Part shown: one piece after another, positions 39,147 through 52,854 of the stretch | Position numbering within the stretch: position 1 is the stretch's first letter | Layout of the letters: every line of letters starts with the position of its first letter | The notes under the pieces: model-generated | Databases searched by the model: none | What the model was told of the DNA's origin: nothing | Seen by the model: only the letters and a program-made list of their open reading frames with translations | Assembly: GCF_000143415.4 (NCBI RefSeq) | Contig: NW_003314295.1 | Location: 372,001 to 436,000, forward strand | DNA length: 64,000 nucleotides | Direction of reading: 5' to 3' | From: Selaginella moellendorffii | Taxonomy: Eukaryota > Plantae > Lycopodiophyta | Position numbers and translations under genes: made by a program

Positions 39147-39834
39147 TCGTCAAATCATCCCCTGGAGTGATGATCGAAAACAATCTTGTATCACAAGCTC
39201 CAACAAACGTGTGAACAAAGCAAGCTCCTGCCAAGGAGCACAAACTTTTGTTGTTTGTACTTCATATATCTGGCAATGAAGAGATCTTTCCAGTTCTATG
39301 AGCCGTGTCTCGCGGAATATGGCCGTGAGTCATTTGGGTCTTCCTTTAGCTAATAAGCCCTAGCTAGAGCTACATTATGAGCGAAGGAAACGTTGCTGCG
39401 TTGTTAGCTGCCAGGGTATGCCGTATTATTGGTGCAAAGAAAATGTGTACAAGTGCTCCAGTGGTGCCTGATCAAGAACATCAATACTCAAAGTCTATAC
39501 TGATGAAAGGAAAAAACGTTTGTTTTGTTTTTTTGAAAAAAACAATGCGCCTACTCCCTCTTCTCAACTTTGTGATTGAGGATAATGGCTTTTCAATGGT
39601 TCTTCTTTTCCTTGTTTCTCATCGAATGCTTGTGTTCTTGCTCCCGCTTCACCACTACCCTTGCAAGTGAAAAACAACCAAACTACTGAAGGAACTGTTG
39701 TGTGCATCATGTTTTCTTCGAATCAAAGTACTATTCTTACGCTCTCTCTGGTTCTACTTGCGAGAACAAACATGAATTTAGAGACGAGTCGTTTAAAATG
39801 AGTTCTTTGGAAGTACTTTTAATAACAGATTAAG

Positions 39835-40084
39835 AAAATGGAGACTTTGGAGTAACAGGATTTTACCATGCGATTCAGCTGCAGGGTTTACTCGAGGTGA
39901 TGGCAAACTCCAGTGTTGCAATCTCACACTTGCTGCCTTTGGCACTTCTGGCAGTTGTCCCGGCACACCTGGTCGCTTGGAGGTGCACAGGAAGTGCCCC
40001 TCCACACATATCCCCGCCATAGCCAGGCTCTCCTTGTTGACCACTCCAGGGTGACGACCAAGTCCATGAGGTGAGCTTGGCCAT
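39835..40084 (-). pseudogene. defensin-like pseudogene, family 2
   Basis: Near identical to 8330-8578. Confidence 0.5.
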
Positions 40085-40281
40085 TTTGGAGAATATATAT
40101 TCCATTTCCCACTAAGGCTGTGGGTCGTAATGTTTTTCACAGGGTTAGTAGCCTCAGAAACTGTCGTTGATTTCTTCGAACATGGCATGGTTTAGATGCT
40201 CTAAGACGAAATGGAAACATCGCTTCTTTTCGTCCAAGATGAGAAACGAAGAACAAACAACATGGTACGTACCTGAGGAAA

Positions 40282-40479
40282 ATGTCTGAGAAAAGAATGA
40301 TAAAGAACAAGAAGACGAGGTTGGCATCCGAGGAGCTCGGGGTGACTGTAAAGATGCACAGGAGCAAGCTCGAGCGCATTGTGCAGGGCAGCTTCAATGG
40401 ATCGCTCAAGGCTAAAGCATCCGAAGAAGAGCTGAGGAAGATCCTCCACCTGGCATTTCCTCACTATGATGCCTTCTAG
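40282..40479 (+). pseudogene. diverged paralog of B3 C-terminal tail
   Basis: Homolog of 8776-8981. Confidence 0.7.
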
Positions 40480-41169
40480 TGGAAAACTGATAAGAACTGA
40501 TGTCTTGAGATGTATTTTAACTTAGAAATGTATTTTCCTTTTACACAACAACTATTGGAGCAATCGATTTCACTGAACGAAGAAATCTTGGTTTTGGTGG
40601 TGGCAACTGTGATGGCAGGTCCTTGTCTTCGCTAGACTCTCTGGGACAACTTTTGGACGTGCTAGCCTCCACTGCATTGATCACAAACAAACTCCCCATT
40701 GCACTACTTGTCGATGGATCCTAGGTTATATACAAACTGAAAAGGGTTGAGACAAAAGGGAGGCATATATAGCTTTTAGTGCGAATATTCTTTATTTTAT
40801 TCTGGTCTAAGCTGTTTTGCATTCATGTCTTAAGAAAAAAAATTATAATAATAAAAACATAAAGAGAAATAAAATATATATATGATTTAATATTTGAGCT
40901 TTTACCCTCATTGAAATGCCACATCCACTTGCATGGTTTCCTAGCTTGCTATATCACTCCAAAGGTTCTAGGCATTATAAAATGATTAGAAAATCAATGC
41001 TAAAGTAAAGATAAATCTTTTGATTAGGTATATCTTGAAAGTAAATGATTTGTTTGGCCATGAGGTATAAAATCCTAAACTTCCCTTCTAACATTACAGG
41101 TATTAATATAAACTTACTTCAAGGATTATTAGTATTAAAAATATTAGTTAGGATTTTAATAATTGACAG

Positions 41170-44100
41170 TGTGAGTGATTGGAATATGGAAAGGGAATAT
41201 AGAAAATGTGCATATCAATTAGCCCAAAAACCCTAGCTTATATACATGAGCGAGTGGTTAGAATTAAAACCAATCCGACGGCTACCAAAATCCCACTATG
41301 CTAATATTAGTATATAGCATGTAGCCATACATTTGGCCCTCACATCATCCCCTCCTCTCGGAATAATGGAAGACCATCAGGGTTCTCTTGTAGACGGGCG
41401 GAGGAGGCCTTGGCAGATCTGTAGGTGGTATTAATTGCTCCTGATCCCTTTGTATGAAGCGTTTCAACCGCTGCACATGCACAATCTCTGGAGGATCAAC
41501 CTGCTGGACATCATGCCGAACTTCATAAATTTGTTGTCCAACATGCTACAACACGTGATATGGTCCTTTCCACTGCACAAGGAGCCCCTTAGATAAACCA
41601 TATACCGTAAAATGGGGAAAACAGACTAATACCAAATCATCCATTTTGTACTCCGCATGTGGACGATGATGGGAGTTATAACGCTGTTGTTGTCCCACTT
41701 GTACATGGCCTAAGTGTTCGGCAGACTCTGCTTGGACAAGTGGAAGAATGCTCGTCAAATACTGATCCCACGACCTAGCATCGGCAGCTCGTGGCAATCG
41801 CAAAGGTAAACCCAGCTCTGTTGGTAATATTGGATCATAACTATAGAGGAGTTTATATGGTGAAGCACCAACAGAACTCTACACCCCTGTAACATACACA
41901 TACCGAAGAGACGGCAAATAACCATCCTAATCCAAATGCTAAAATCTCATCTCTTTGAATGTCCAAATGAATCGTTCCACCAGACCGTTTGATTGTGGAT
42001 GATAAACATTTGTGAAAGTGTGGCATATCCCTAACCAAGACGTCAAAAGATGAAATGCCTCAGCCATAAATGCAAGACCATTATCCGAAAGAATCCACTC
42101 TGGATAAGAATATTGGAACACCACTCAATTGAGGAGGAAGTATCCAACAGCAGTTGTAGAGGCGCTAGCAAGAGCACCAACTTCCACCCAATGAGTTAAG
42201 TAGTTAGAAACAATAATAACATACTCATTGCCAGCAGTCGACCATGGAAAAGGTCCCATAAGATCAAACGCCACCAACTCAAATAAAGGGGAAACTGTAA
42301 TTGACTCTAACCATCCTTCCACAACCCGAGGGGGAGTATTACGAGCTTAGCACCAAACACAGCTACGCACATACCGGATAGTATCACGTCGCATCTCTGG
42401 CCAATAGAAAGACCTGCGTAGCTTCTCAGTTACATGACGATATCCCATATGCCCACCTAGAATAGGAGAATCATGGTAGGCATAGAGAAACCGCAGGATA
42501 AAGACAGAAGGCACCACCAGCTGTAAATGATTATTAAAATTTATCCCCATAAAATAAAGAAAGTCATCTTCAAGACGATATTAAGAATGTAAATGCCGGA
42601 AAGGCAAGTCATCAGCAAGTGATGTAGGATTCTCAAACGCATTTCGAAGCCTTCGAATCCACAACTCAATCTTTTGAGCCTCACGAACTTCATCAACAGA
42701 AGGTAGATCTTGCTCTGCACCTTGTGGACACTAAACGTCAGGTATAACAACCGCCAACGGCATACAATCCTCATCTAGAAAATCCATAGAGGCTGGAACA
42801 ACAGGCTTGTCAAAAACATGAGAAGAGATTGGAGAAGGAAGAGGAGCTCGAGAAAGGGCATTAGCATTAACTATAGAGTTCCCTGGGCGATGAACAATAT
42901 CAAAATCATATATTTGAAGCTTCAAATCCCATTAAGCAGGATGACAAAATAGGTTCTTCCGCTTCAATAATGAAGTAACAACGGCATGATCACCTTCAAG
43001 TAACATCCAAGAACCATGTAGATATGCATGAAGTTTCTTGAAACCTCAAACTGTTGCTAACACTCATTCTCTGTCATGGAGTAGTTCATCTCCGCTAGTT
43101 GTAATGTACGGCTTATATATGCAATGGGATGACACTGACCAAGCACGCTCAAGCTCTCTTGCCTCAACACAACTCCAAGACTAATGTCAGAAGCATCCAC
43201 GCAAAATAAAAGGTCAAGTGTAGTTAGGATATGCCAAAACTGGAGGAGTCGTTAATAGCTTTTTGAGATCCATGAATGCCCACTCACAATCTGGAAACCA
43301 GATGAAAGATGATGTTGATGACTTCAGCAACGCTCTCAACGGTGCAGTGTGATCAAAAAGATGATTCACAAAACAACTGAGATACTACATTTTGCCCAAG
43401 AAGCGCTGCACATTATTCACACACTTTGGAGTAGAGAACTTTAGAACCGCCACAAGTTTGTTAGGATTAACTTGCAAACCCTCACGAGAAATACGGTACC
43501 CAAGATAAGTTGTGTCCTTAGACCCAAACACGCACTTTGACCGCTTCAACTTTAAACTAACGTCGTGTAACCGATCCAACACTTTACAAACATCACGAAT
43601 GTGCTCCTCCCACATCCCCTTCGAGTGGATCAAAACATCATCAATGAAGTCAACAGTCACCTCTGGCATATCGCAAAGAACCTTATCTATCATCCGTTGG
43701 AAAGTTGCTAGAGCATTGTTTAAACCAAACGGCATCACCAAGAACTTGTACAAACCAAACGGTGTATGAAAACTAGTCTTAAGAATATCTTCTTCGGCCA
43801 TTGGTACTTGCCAGTACCCAGAAGCAAGATCTAGCTCGGTGAACTAACGACTTCACCTCAAACGATCCAAGAGATTAGCAATGTGAGGAAGAGGAGCTGA
43901 AAGACGGGCAGCGAGAAGTGGAAGAGGCGACGTCTCATAACGTTGTGCCAAGTGAAGAACATCATCAAGGGTGGAGGGAGCAAGTGCATACACAAGTTCG
44001 ACAAAATCTTGACGAAGTGCTGGCCACAACATTTTTAGCTTGATCCGCTCCCACATATTTGGCTCCGCACAAAACAAAAGACTTCAGAAACGAATGCCAA

Positions 44101-45744
44101 ATTGCATCACTGATTCAGATGGCCCTTGGCAAAGACAATGCAATTGTTGGAAAGCATCATCACAGTCATCAGCATGTCTGAAGGCCCGTTTGAAGACGTC
44201 CAGGAGAACACTCCAATCCCCATGAGTGGCTATGCTCAGACCATTGTACCATTGCAACACTGTCCCTTGGAGACATATGGGAAACTCATGCAAACGTCGA
44301 GCATCATCCCAAGAATGATATGTGGCAATCATCGTGAAGTGATCGAACCACTGGTACACATCATCCCTAAGATTCCCACGAAAGAACTTTGGCCAAACGC
44401 GAGGATTAAGGGCAGGGTTCCATGCTCCACCCTAGGGGGAAAATTTCCAGAGGGGGGAAATAAAACCCTGGGTTCCATGCCCCCCCTAGTGACATGGCAC
44501 TAAAAATGGGGGGGAAGTGGGGAACCCGGTGTCCCCTCCGTAAATTTCTCCCGGAGCCTGGAACTCGGTAAAATACACAAATAAAATAATGCCATGTGGC
44601 AAAATTGCCACATCATCTAAAAATTTGACCCGCCCTAATTTTGCCGCTGTGTGAGCATGCGAGTTCTTGGAGGGTTTTGGGGGGGATTTTTGCAGTGATT
44701 TGAGAAGGAAGTTTGTAAGAAATGGAGAATCGCTCACCCTCACCTTATCCATAGTTGCAATTTGCCTATTATTTTAATTCATCAATAGCTCAAACTCATG
44801 TAAGTATGAAATTTTGTAATTCTGAAATTTTGCTTGTTTTTCTTAATGTCCAGGGAGGAGAGGGTTCTTCTTTTAGTGCTAGCATGGGATTTATGCCAAA
44901 TGTAACTATGATCCAAATACTTTTCATTTTCTCTTTGGTTTTTTTCTTTTGTTTAGTAAAATTTTGCAATGGTTTTTAGCCTATCATTTCTACATTCAAC
45001 CCAATGATTGGATTTGTTCCAAGTATCCCTACAATGCAAGCTAACTTCAATTCATCGAGCTAAGTATTTTTTCCAATTGTTTTCCTACTTTGTGCGCTCA
45101 ATTTAGGGTAAACAAAATTGGCACCCTAATCCTTTATGACGTGGGAAAAAAAATGCTAATGTGTAAACTTACGTGGCATATAAAGAAGGGTAGCCATTAA
45201 AAAAAAGGGGAGGGGATTTTTTTTTGGAGGGGGAGAGAAATTTCTAGGTGGGTGGAGCATAGAACCTCGCCCTAACACCAAGAGTAGGAGGAGTTGTACC
45301 ATGTGTCGTGAATGCCGCATCAATTGTGTTTGATTGGTCAATTGCAAGCACATAGCATCAAGCAATTGTACCAACTGTTGCTCCAAAGTCAAAGGAGGAG
45401 ATTGCTGATCTGCCATGAAGACGGACAAAGAAAGAGCAAAAGAAGAGAAACAACAAAAAGCGAGAAGGAAATGGGAGATCTAGACAATACAAAAAGCTAG
45501 ATCTAAACCAAAATCCCAAATTCAAACATTATTCAAGGACAATCAAAAGTGCCCCTCACCTTCACCAATGTGAGTGCTTGGAATATGGAAAAGAAATACA
45601 GAAAATATGCATATCAATTAGCCCAAAAACCCTAGCTTATATATAGGAGTGAGTGGTTCGGATTGAAACCAATCCGACGGCTATCAAAATCCCACTATGC
45701 TAATATTAGTATACAACATCATAGCCGTACACTTAGCCCTCACA
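41170..45744 (-). mobile_element. Ty3/gypsy copy 3, both LTRs, perfect 4-bp TSD ACAG, gag-end to RT deletion (~43890), nested MITE
   Basis: LTRs 41170-41344 and 45569-45744; PBS TGGTGAAGGTGAGGGG; ACAG at 41166-41169 and 45745-45748; RT, RH, integrase, gag remnants. Confidence 0.95.
44410..45272. mobile_element. PIF/Harbinger-type non-autonomous element (863 bp) inserted in gag
   Basis: TIRs GGGCAGGGTTCCATGCTCCACCC / GGGTGGAGCATAGAACCTCGCCC; TAA TSD; empty site at ~12691 in copy 2. Confidence 0.88.
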
Positions 45745-46580
45745 ACAGCAAAAAGAAATATAAGTTTAAACAAGAAAAATATAAAAGAAATGCTACTTAT
45801 AATACTTACAGAAATATGGCAATGAATATGTGATTTCGCATGGAAGCATTATATTTTTATACATATGCAAATTTATTTTTTTGTTTTGAGTTACATGTAA
45901 AAATATTATGCATACAATCACTTTTCAATTGGTATATAAGCAATTAAAATGCCATTGTGTTGTCATGAGATATGTTATATATGAATGGGGTATAGCAACT
46001 CATATTACCATATACACATCATGCCATGTCATTTTAGACAATATGATATCATTGCAATTTAGTAAGGGGTTTTTTTCTCATTCTTGTGAGTGCGAATTTA
46101 TAATGAGTTAATTGTGATCATTTCTCTCCTCTCATTTCTGTTAGTTATAATCCATTTTTCATGGTTATTGCTCATTTCTCATAACTATAGCTTATTTCTT
46201 GCAATTGTGGTTCATTTCTTATAACTTAAAAGTGTTATGCACCTTAATCTATTTATTGCACCTCTCATTTTTTGTAATCTGTTTGCAATATGACACTTTA
46301 ACTTAGTGCCACAATAAGTGTGATTAATTGGAGTGTAGTGGCAAATGCAATTAATTGGAGTGTAATGGTGAGTGCAATTGATTGGAGTGTGGTGGCAAGT
46401 TTGATCAATTGCAATGTGGTGGTAAGTGCAATAAATTGAAGCACATTAATGAGTTCAATCAATTGGAATATAAAGGCAAAACACTTCTTTAGTTTTTTCT
46501 CAATTTTGTAACTCTCTAGCATTCACTTACGTAAAAGTTCCTTCATTTCTTCATTTGTTGTAAAACCATTAACTTACAAA

Positions 46581-46867
46581 ATGCTTTATTTCGTTAAAGT
46601 GGAGCTTTTCATTATCCCACTTATGGTGTGTGGCCACATGCCATTTTTATAACAACAATAAAAAATTGAAGTTTTAGCTTTATAATTTATAAATTAAAAA
46701 CTTTTCATATGATTTTGTGTTATAATATTGTGAAATATAAAAAATAAATTAAAAAACTGATAGAAATATTAATAAATATTAATTAAGTACTAGGAAATGG
46801 CATGTGGACACATGCTAATTAATGTCCCACTTTACTGAATAAGTTCCACTTTAACGAAATAAAGCAT
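46581..46867. mobile_element. unclassified MITE (287 bp), 4-bp TSD CAAA
   Basis: TIR ATGCTTTATTTCGTTAAAGTGGA both ends; absent from paralogous spacers (TTACAAAGTATTT). Confidence 0.88.
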
Positions 46868-47319
46868 CAAAGTATTTTTCATTACCTTTATCAAAGAGAG
46901 TGTCTAAAGAGCCTATAATATTTTAAAATTTAACTTGCACATTTGAAAAACATCACCTAAAAACTTAACCCTATTGACATGTAAAACCAAAATCTAAGAT
47001 GGGATGCAAAAAATTATATATATAGCATTATTTTATGAGTCACACACAAGTGTTACAATAATTTAAACACACATGTGTTTTATTTTTATATATTTTGCAA
47101 ATGTGAAAGATAATTTACTAGATTATCTATCCTAGGTACATCTCCTCTCTTTGGAGGTGTACCTCCCCCCAAAATACTTCAGAATTTAATAGTGTAAAAA
47201 TAATAAATGAAAATATATTAAAACTTAAACATTATAATTTAAAAAAAATTAACTAAAACTTTAGAAATAATATAGTAAATTGTTATTAAATCATCTCTTC
47301 TAATAAAAAAGTATGCTTT

Positions 47320-49252
47320 TGTGAGGGCAAAGTGTACAACTACGATGCCATATACTAATATTAGTGTAGTGGGATTTTGGTAGCCGTCGGATTGGTTTCA
47401 ATCCGGACCACTCGCTCTTGTATATAAGATAGGGTTTTTGGGCTAATTGATATGTACATTTCTGTATTCCCTTTTTATATTCCATGCACTCACATTGGTG
47501 GAGGTGAAGGGCACTTTTGATTGTCCTTGGGGAGTGCTTGGATTTGGGATTTCAGTTTAGATTTAACTTTTGCATCGTCTAGATCTAACTTTTTCCATTT
47601 CCTTTCTTTTGTTCTTTCCTTTCAGGATTTTGGTTTAAATCTAGCTTTTTGCATTGTCTAGATCTACCATTTCTTTCCAGCTTTTTGTCATTTCTCTTCT
47701 TTTGCTCTTTCTTTTTTGTTCATCTTCATGGCCGATCAACAATCTCCTCCTTTGACTCTAGAGCAGCAGTTGGTTCAATTGCTTAATGTTATGCGCTAGC
47801 AATTGAATAACCAAACTCAATTGATGGCGGCATTCACGGCACATGGTCTAACTCCTCCTGCTCTTGATGCCAATCCTTGTGTTTGGCTGGAGTTCTTTCG
47901 TGAGAATCCTAGGGATGATGTGTACCATTGGTTCAATCACTTCACAGTGATTGCCACATATCATTCTTGGGATGATGCTCGATGTTTGTGTGAGTTTCCC
48001 ACGTGTCTCCAAGGGACGGCATTGCAGTGGCACAATGGATTGAGTAGATGCAAAAGCTAGATCTAAACCGAAATCCCAAATCCAAGCACTCCCCAAGGAC
48101 AATCAAAGGTGCACGTGGTCCAACTCCTCCTGCTCTTGATGCCAATCCTCGCGTTCGGCCGGAGTTCTTTCGTGGGAATCTTGGGGATGATATGTACCAT
48201 TGGTTCGATCACTTCACAGTGATTGCCATGCCTTCAGACATGCCGACGATTGTGACGATGCTTTCCAACAATTGCATCGTCTTCGCTAAGGGCCATCTTG
48301 AGTCGGTGATGCAATTTGGCGTTCGTTTCCGAAGTCTTTGCTTCGTGTGGAGCCCAATATGTCGGAGCGGATCAAGCTAGGAATGTTGTGGCTAGCACTT
48401 CGTCAAGATCTTGTCGGCCTTGTGCATGCACTTGCTCCTGCCACCCTTGACGATGCTCTTCGCTTAGCACAACGTTATGAAACATCGCCTCTTCCACTCC
48501 TTGTTGCATGTCCTTCAACTCCACTTCCTATAAGTGATGGTCCTGTTCCAATGGAGGTTGATGCTGTTGCTACTTGAGTCCACGGACAAGGGCGAAGACG
48601 TGGTTGTGGCCGTGATGTTTGTTGTTAGGCATCTAATGAAGTTGGTCATACTTATCGGCGTTGTTGACGCTTTTCGAATTGGCGACCTCCATTTCCTGGA
48701 TGGAGACCTTGGCGTCAGCACCGTCCCGTTGGTGCTGCTGCGGTGGAAGGTTTGGACACCGAGGTGCATCCGGGAAATGAGGAGTCGCGCGAGTAACAGA
48801 GGGACCTTGCGCGAATAAGTCAGTGACCCCTCCATCTTTCTTTCGAGAGTATCATCAAGGGGTTCACTTGGCACCAGTTCATCCAGTGTTTACTTTCCAA
48901 GCTCGTTTTTATAACAAGAGGTCTTCTATTCTTCTCTCCGTGTTGGTTGATACAGGTTCGAGTTTATCTTCTATTGCTCGACCTATTGCCACACGTTGTT
49001 GCCTACACTTGCATCGTGTGGCGGATCTAGTTTTCATTCTTTATAGCAACGGCCGTACACATGCATGTGCACGAGATGAGGCGAACCTGGTTGTGCATGT
49101 GGGTGATCTCGAGCTTGAGTTGTAGTCATTATGGGTGGTGCCGAGTCAAGCTTTTAACCTCATTCTTGGTATGGATTGGTTGCAGTGTAATCATGCCAAG
49201 TGTGATTTTGAGGCTTTTCCCCCTTGTCTCATACTTCTTTATGTTTCATCCA
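47320..49252 (+). mobile_element. Ty3/gypsy copy 4: 5' LTR, PBS, gag, protease; 3' truncated
   Basis: LTR 47320-47494, PBS TGGTGGAGGTGAAGGG, gag MADQQSPPLTLEQQ..PVPMEVDAV, protease VLVDTGSS. Confidence 0.92.
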
Positions 49253-49254
49253 TA

Positions 49255-49479
49255 TGAGGAAATGCCAGGTTAAGGATTTTCCTCAGCTCCTCCTTAGACA
49301 CTTTAACCTTGAGCGATCCAGCCGATTGATTCGGGCAAGCATAGCACGCTCCTACACATGCGCTGGAGCTTGCTCCCCTGCATCTTGAAGCTCATCCCAA
49401 GCTCCTTGGACTCGGCTGCCAACCTCGTCTTTTTGAGCACCAGCACCACCACTGGCTCGTGGCGCTGCTGCTGCCGCTC
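49255..49479 (-). pseudogene. 3' tail fragment of B3 gene
   Basis: Homolog of 14575-14803. Confidence 0.75.
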
Positions 49480-49530
49480 TAGCAGGGAAATCCTTTATTG
49501 ACTGCTATTGACTGGGCATTGACTGGGCCG

Positions 49531-49714
49531 TTAGCTCGCCTGCTCTGTGTGATCCTCTTCTTCCTGTGCTTCTTTTTGAGCAGCAATAAGGAATGCCTGG
49601 CTATGGCGGGGATATGCGTGGAGGGGCAATTCCTGTGCACCTTCACAAGCGACTAGGCGTGATGGGACTATTGTTGTAAGTGCCACTACATCAAAGGCAA
49701 CAGTGAGATTTGCA
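49531..49714 (+). pseudogene. defensin-like pseudogene, family 1, 3' truncated
   Basis: Homolog of 20022-20205. Confidence 0.6.
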
Positions 49715-50134
49715 AGTAGAAATTCGTTTTTTCCTCTCTTAACCTGTCCTCCACGTCTTCCATAATTCCTAACTGATGTTCCACATTTCATAATCTCTGT
49801 CCCATATCTTAGCAATTGAGTATTGATGTTCTTGATCAAGCCCCCCAAGGTCACTGGAGCCACATTTTCTTTGCACCAATAATACGGCATATCTTGGCAA
49901 CTAACAACGCAGCATCGTTTCCTTCGCTCGTAACATAGCTCTAGCTAGGGCTAAAGGAAGACTCACGGCCATACTGAGATGGAACGCCACTAAAGCTCAA
50001 ACACTAGAACTGGAAAGATCTCTTCATTGCCAGGTATATGAAGTACAAACAACAAAGGTTTCCTGCTCCTAGTTTTAGTAATGCTTGTGATACAAGATTG
50101 TTTTCGATCATCCCCCAAGGGGCTGATTCGACGA

Positions 50135-52283
50135 TCAGTGGTGAGCTCTCTTGCTCGGTGGCCCGGCTTGTTGTTGCTGAAACGCCAGTTGCCTTGTGAA
50201 GTAGTTCATCTCCTTAGCCAGTTGCCTCCTGTTCGCTTCCTCCTCTTGCTGGAGCGCCAGGGCTACCATCCGTGTGATTCGGTCGGCATGGGGAGGATCC
50301 AACGCCACCTCGTCGTCCATGTAATGGCAGTCCGGCCTGAGCGCCCTCTTGTTGTTGGTCTCGGCCCAGTGATCATAGTCCGCGAAGTCGAAGCTATCGT
50401 ATTGTTTCACCCGGATGCTCCTATTGTTACCAGCCTCGATCGCCAAGTCGTCAATCATGTGCTTGAGCTCAACATACCGCTCAACGTCCACCGCCACCAT
50501 CTCCGATCTGCTTCGCTCGTGAGAAGTTCTTCTGGACTCACTAACCCTATACAAAACAAATGGATATGCCACTTTTTTGCCAAATATTCTTTCATTATCT
50601 TTAAGACAAAAAAAAGGTTTTAACCGGCTTATTGAAATATTTTTAAATTTGTTTTATGGAGCAGCGATCTCCACAGATTTGAAGAGCTAGGAGCGAGGAA
50701 CTAGAAATTCGTGGATTCAACCAGAGTTTCAAAGACTTGTTTTGTCCCTGAATTTTTTCCATCTTTCACTGAGCTCATCGATGGCATCAACTCTCTGCTT
50801 TCAGGATTTAATCTCCTCGTCATCCGTCCAAGCATCAATCCCGTCCTCAGTCCAAGTCGTCCAGCAAGAGTTTCTGCCACCAGCTGGGACGCTCTGCATG
50901 TATAGCCCCTGGTAATTAATCCGCTGGAGAAAGCTCCCACGAAAATTCGCCTTGCATGTGCGCGGCTGCGGGGTTAAAAGGAGACTGCATAAACATGCAC
51001 ACACTTGTCAATTACAAAATCATGCAAGGAGAGTAGGGGAGAAAAACAAGAACAGTACACACACACCGAAACAAGAAACACCAGGGGAGAAAAAAAAAGT
51101 GGCAGCCATGCCTCCAATGATGTCCTCTAGATCTGTAATTGTACATGGCACCTCGATCTCGTGCAGGGCGCTTCATCCAAACGCAATTAAAGCAAGCTTT
51201 TGCATGCGGTTCAGAACTTCCCTCTCCTCTCTTTCAAATGCTTCCCTGAAGCCCTTGCGTGAGTCGTCGTCCATGGGAGGCAGGACAATGGTCATCTGGG
51301 GAATAGGCAGATCAAGCCTTTTCCACGAATGCCTGCCAGTCTTCGTAACCTTTGGCTGACCGTCTTCAATCACGTAGTCCCTCAAACCCATGAAACTCCC
51401 CGCTTGCTTGATGCTTAACTCCTGGATTATAATTTATCATGTTCACAAGCTCCCCATTCCCCAGCACATCCCTGTATCGCCTCTTGAACGCTTTTAACAG
51501 CTCCGAAGGCTTTTAGGCATCCATATGGAAAGTCACAAACTGGGCCTCATCCATTGTCCTCTCAGCGGCATCAGCACCATTCCGGGATGGACTTGCGAAG
51601 AGGACCCTCCTTCCTCGTGTGGCTCTATATCCTTGAAAGCTATCGTCCACAAGGAGCCAAGTCCCTGCTAAGCTCAACAGGTCTGTCGGAACTTTAGATC
51701 TCTCCGCCCAGCGAGATGATGATGAAGACCCTGGCATCCACAAACAGTTGCACTAAAATGTATCTCCAGCTAGTTCCGCATCGCTGAGGAGCTCGCGAAC
51801 GAAGTACCAGATGCAGCACGACTTCCTATCCCCGGATTACCGGAGATGTGCGCGAAGATGCTGTGGCCGTGTCTCAGCTGACGATAGATCTTCTCGTAAG
51901 ACTTGCGAACGAGGATGTCGGCATGGTTGGCTGTGAGCTCGGCTATGACGGCAGGGAGCCTCAGAAATCCTTCCGCATCCCAACCCCTGCACAGGTGCGA
52001 GCGGGTGTCCGGGGGGAAAGTCTTGTCCTTGGCAAAAGGGACTGCATAAACAAGCACACACTTGTCAAAGTTACAAATCATGGAAGAGCAGAGGAAACAT
52101 ACACACAACGAAAACAAAAAGACTGTACCTCGAATGATATGCTCTGCCCCGGCGTCGAACTTGACACGGTTTAAGCCATCGTCCACGCTCATCCGGCTTC
52201 TTGTAAAAGAAGCTTAGGGCGCCAGCCGTAAGAACCTCTCCGACCCGCACTTTGCCATTCTTTAGACAGAACTTGAGCTTGTA
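50135..52283 (-). pseudogene. Crinkler/RHS-like P-loop NTPase gene, copy 3 (5' end deleted)
   Basis: Collinear with 35496-37660, HISGNPGIG motif. Confidence 0.72.
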
Positions 52284-52284
52284 A

Positions 52285-52854
52285 CTTGGCTCCTCACTCC
52301 TGAGCTCTTCAAATCGGTGGAGAGCATAAAACAAATTTAGTAAACCGGTTAAGTTGCTGAAAACCTTTATCTTAAAGATGGTGAAACAATATTTGGCGAA
52401 AAACGTAGTATATCCGTTTGTTTCGTATAGGGTTTGTGCTTGTAAAAGGGAAACTAGAAGAACTTCTCACGAGCAGAGCAGATCGGAGATGGTGGCGGTG
52501 GACGTTGAGCGGTATGTTGAGCTCAAGCGCATGATCGACGACTTGGCGATTGAGGCTGGTAACAATAGGAGCATCCGGGTGAAACAATACAATAGCTTCG
52601 ACTTCGCGGGCTATGATCACTGGGCCGAGACCAACAACAAGAGGGCGCTCAGGCCGGACTGCCATTACATGGAGGACGAGGTGGCGTTGGATCCTCCCCA
52701 TGCCGACCGGATCACGCGGATGGTGGCCGTGGCGCTCCAGCAAGAGGAGGAAGACAACAGGAGGCAACTGGCTAAGGAGGTGAACCACTTCACAAGGCAA
52801 CTGGCGTTTCAGCAACAACAAGCCGGGCCACCGAGCAAGAGAGCTCGCCACTGA
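52285..52854 (+). pseudogene. 3' fragment of CR-like gene; last-exon ORF intact (52489-52854)
   Basis: ORF 52354-52854. Confidence 0.7.
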
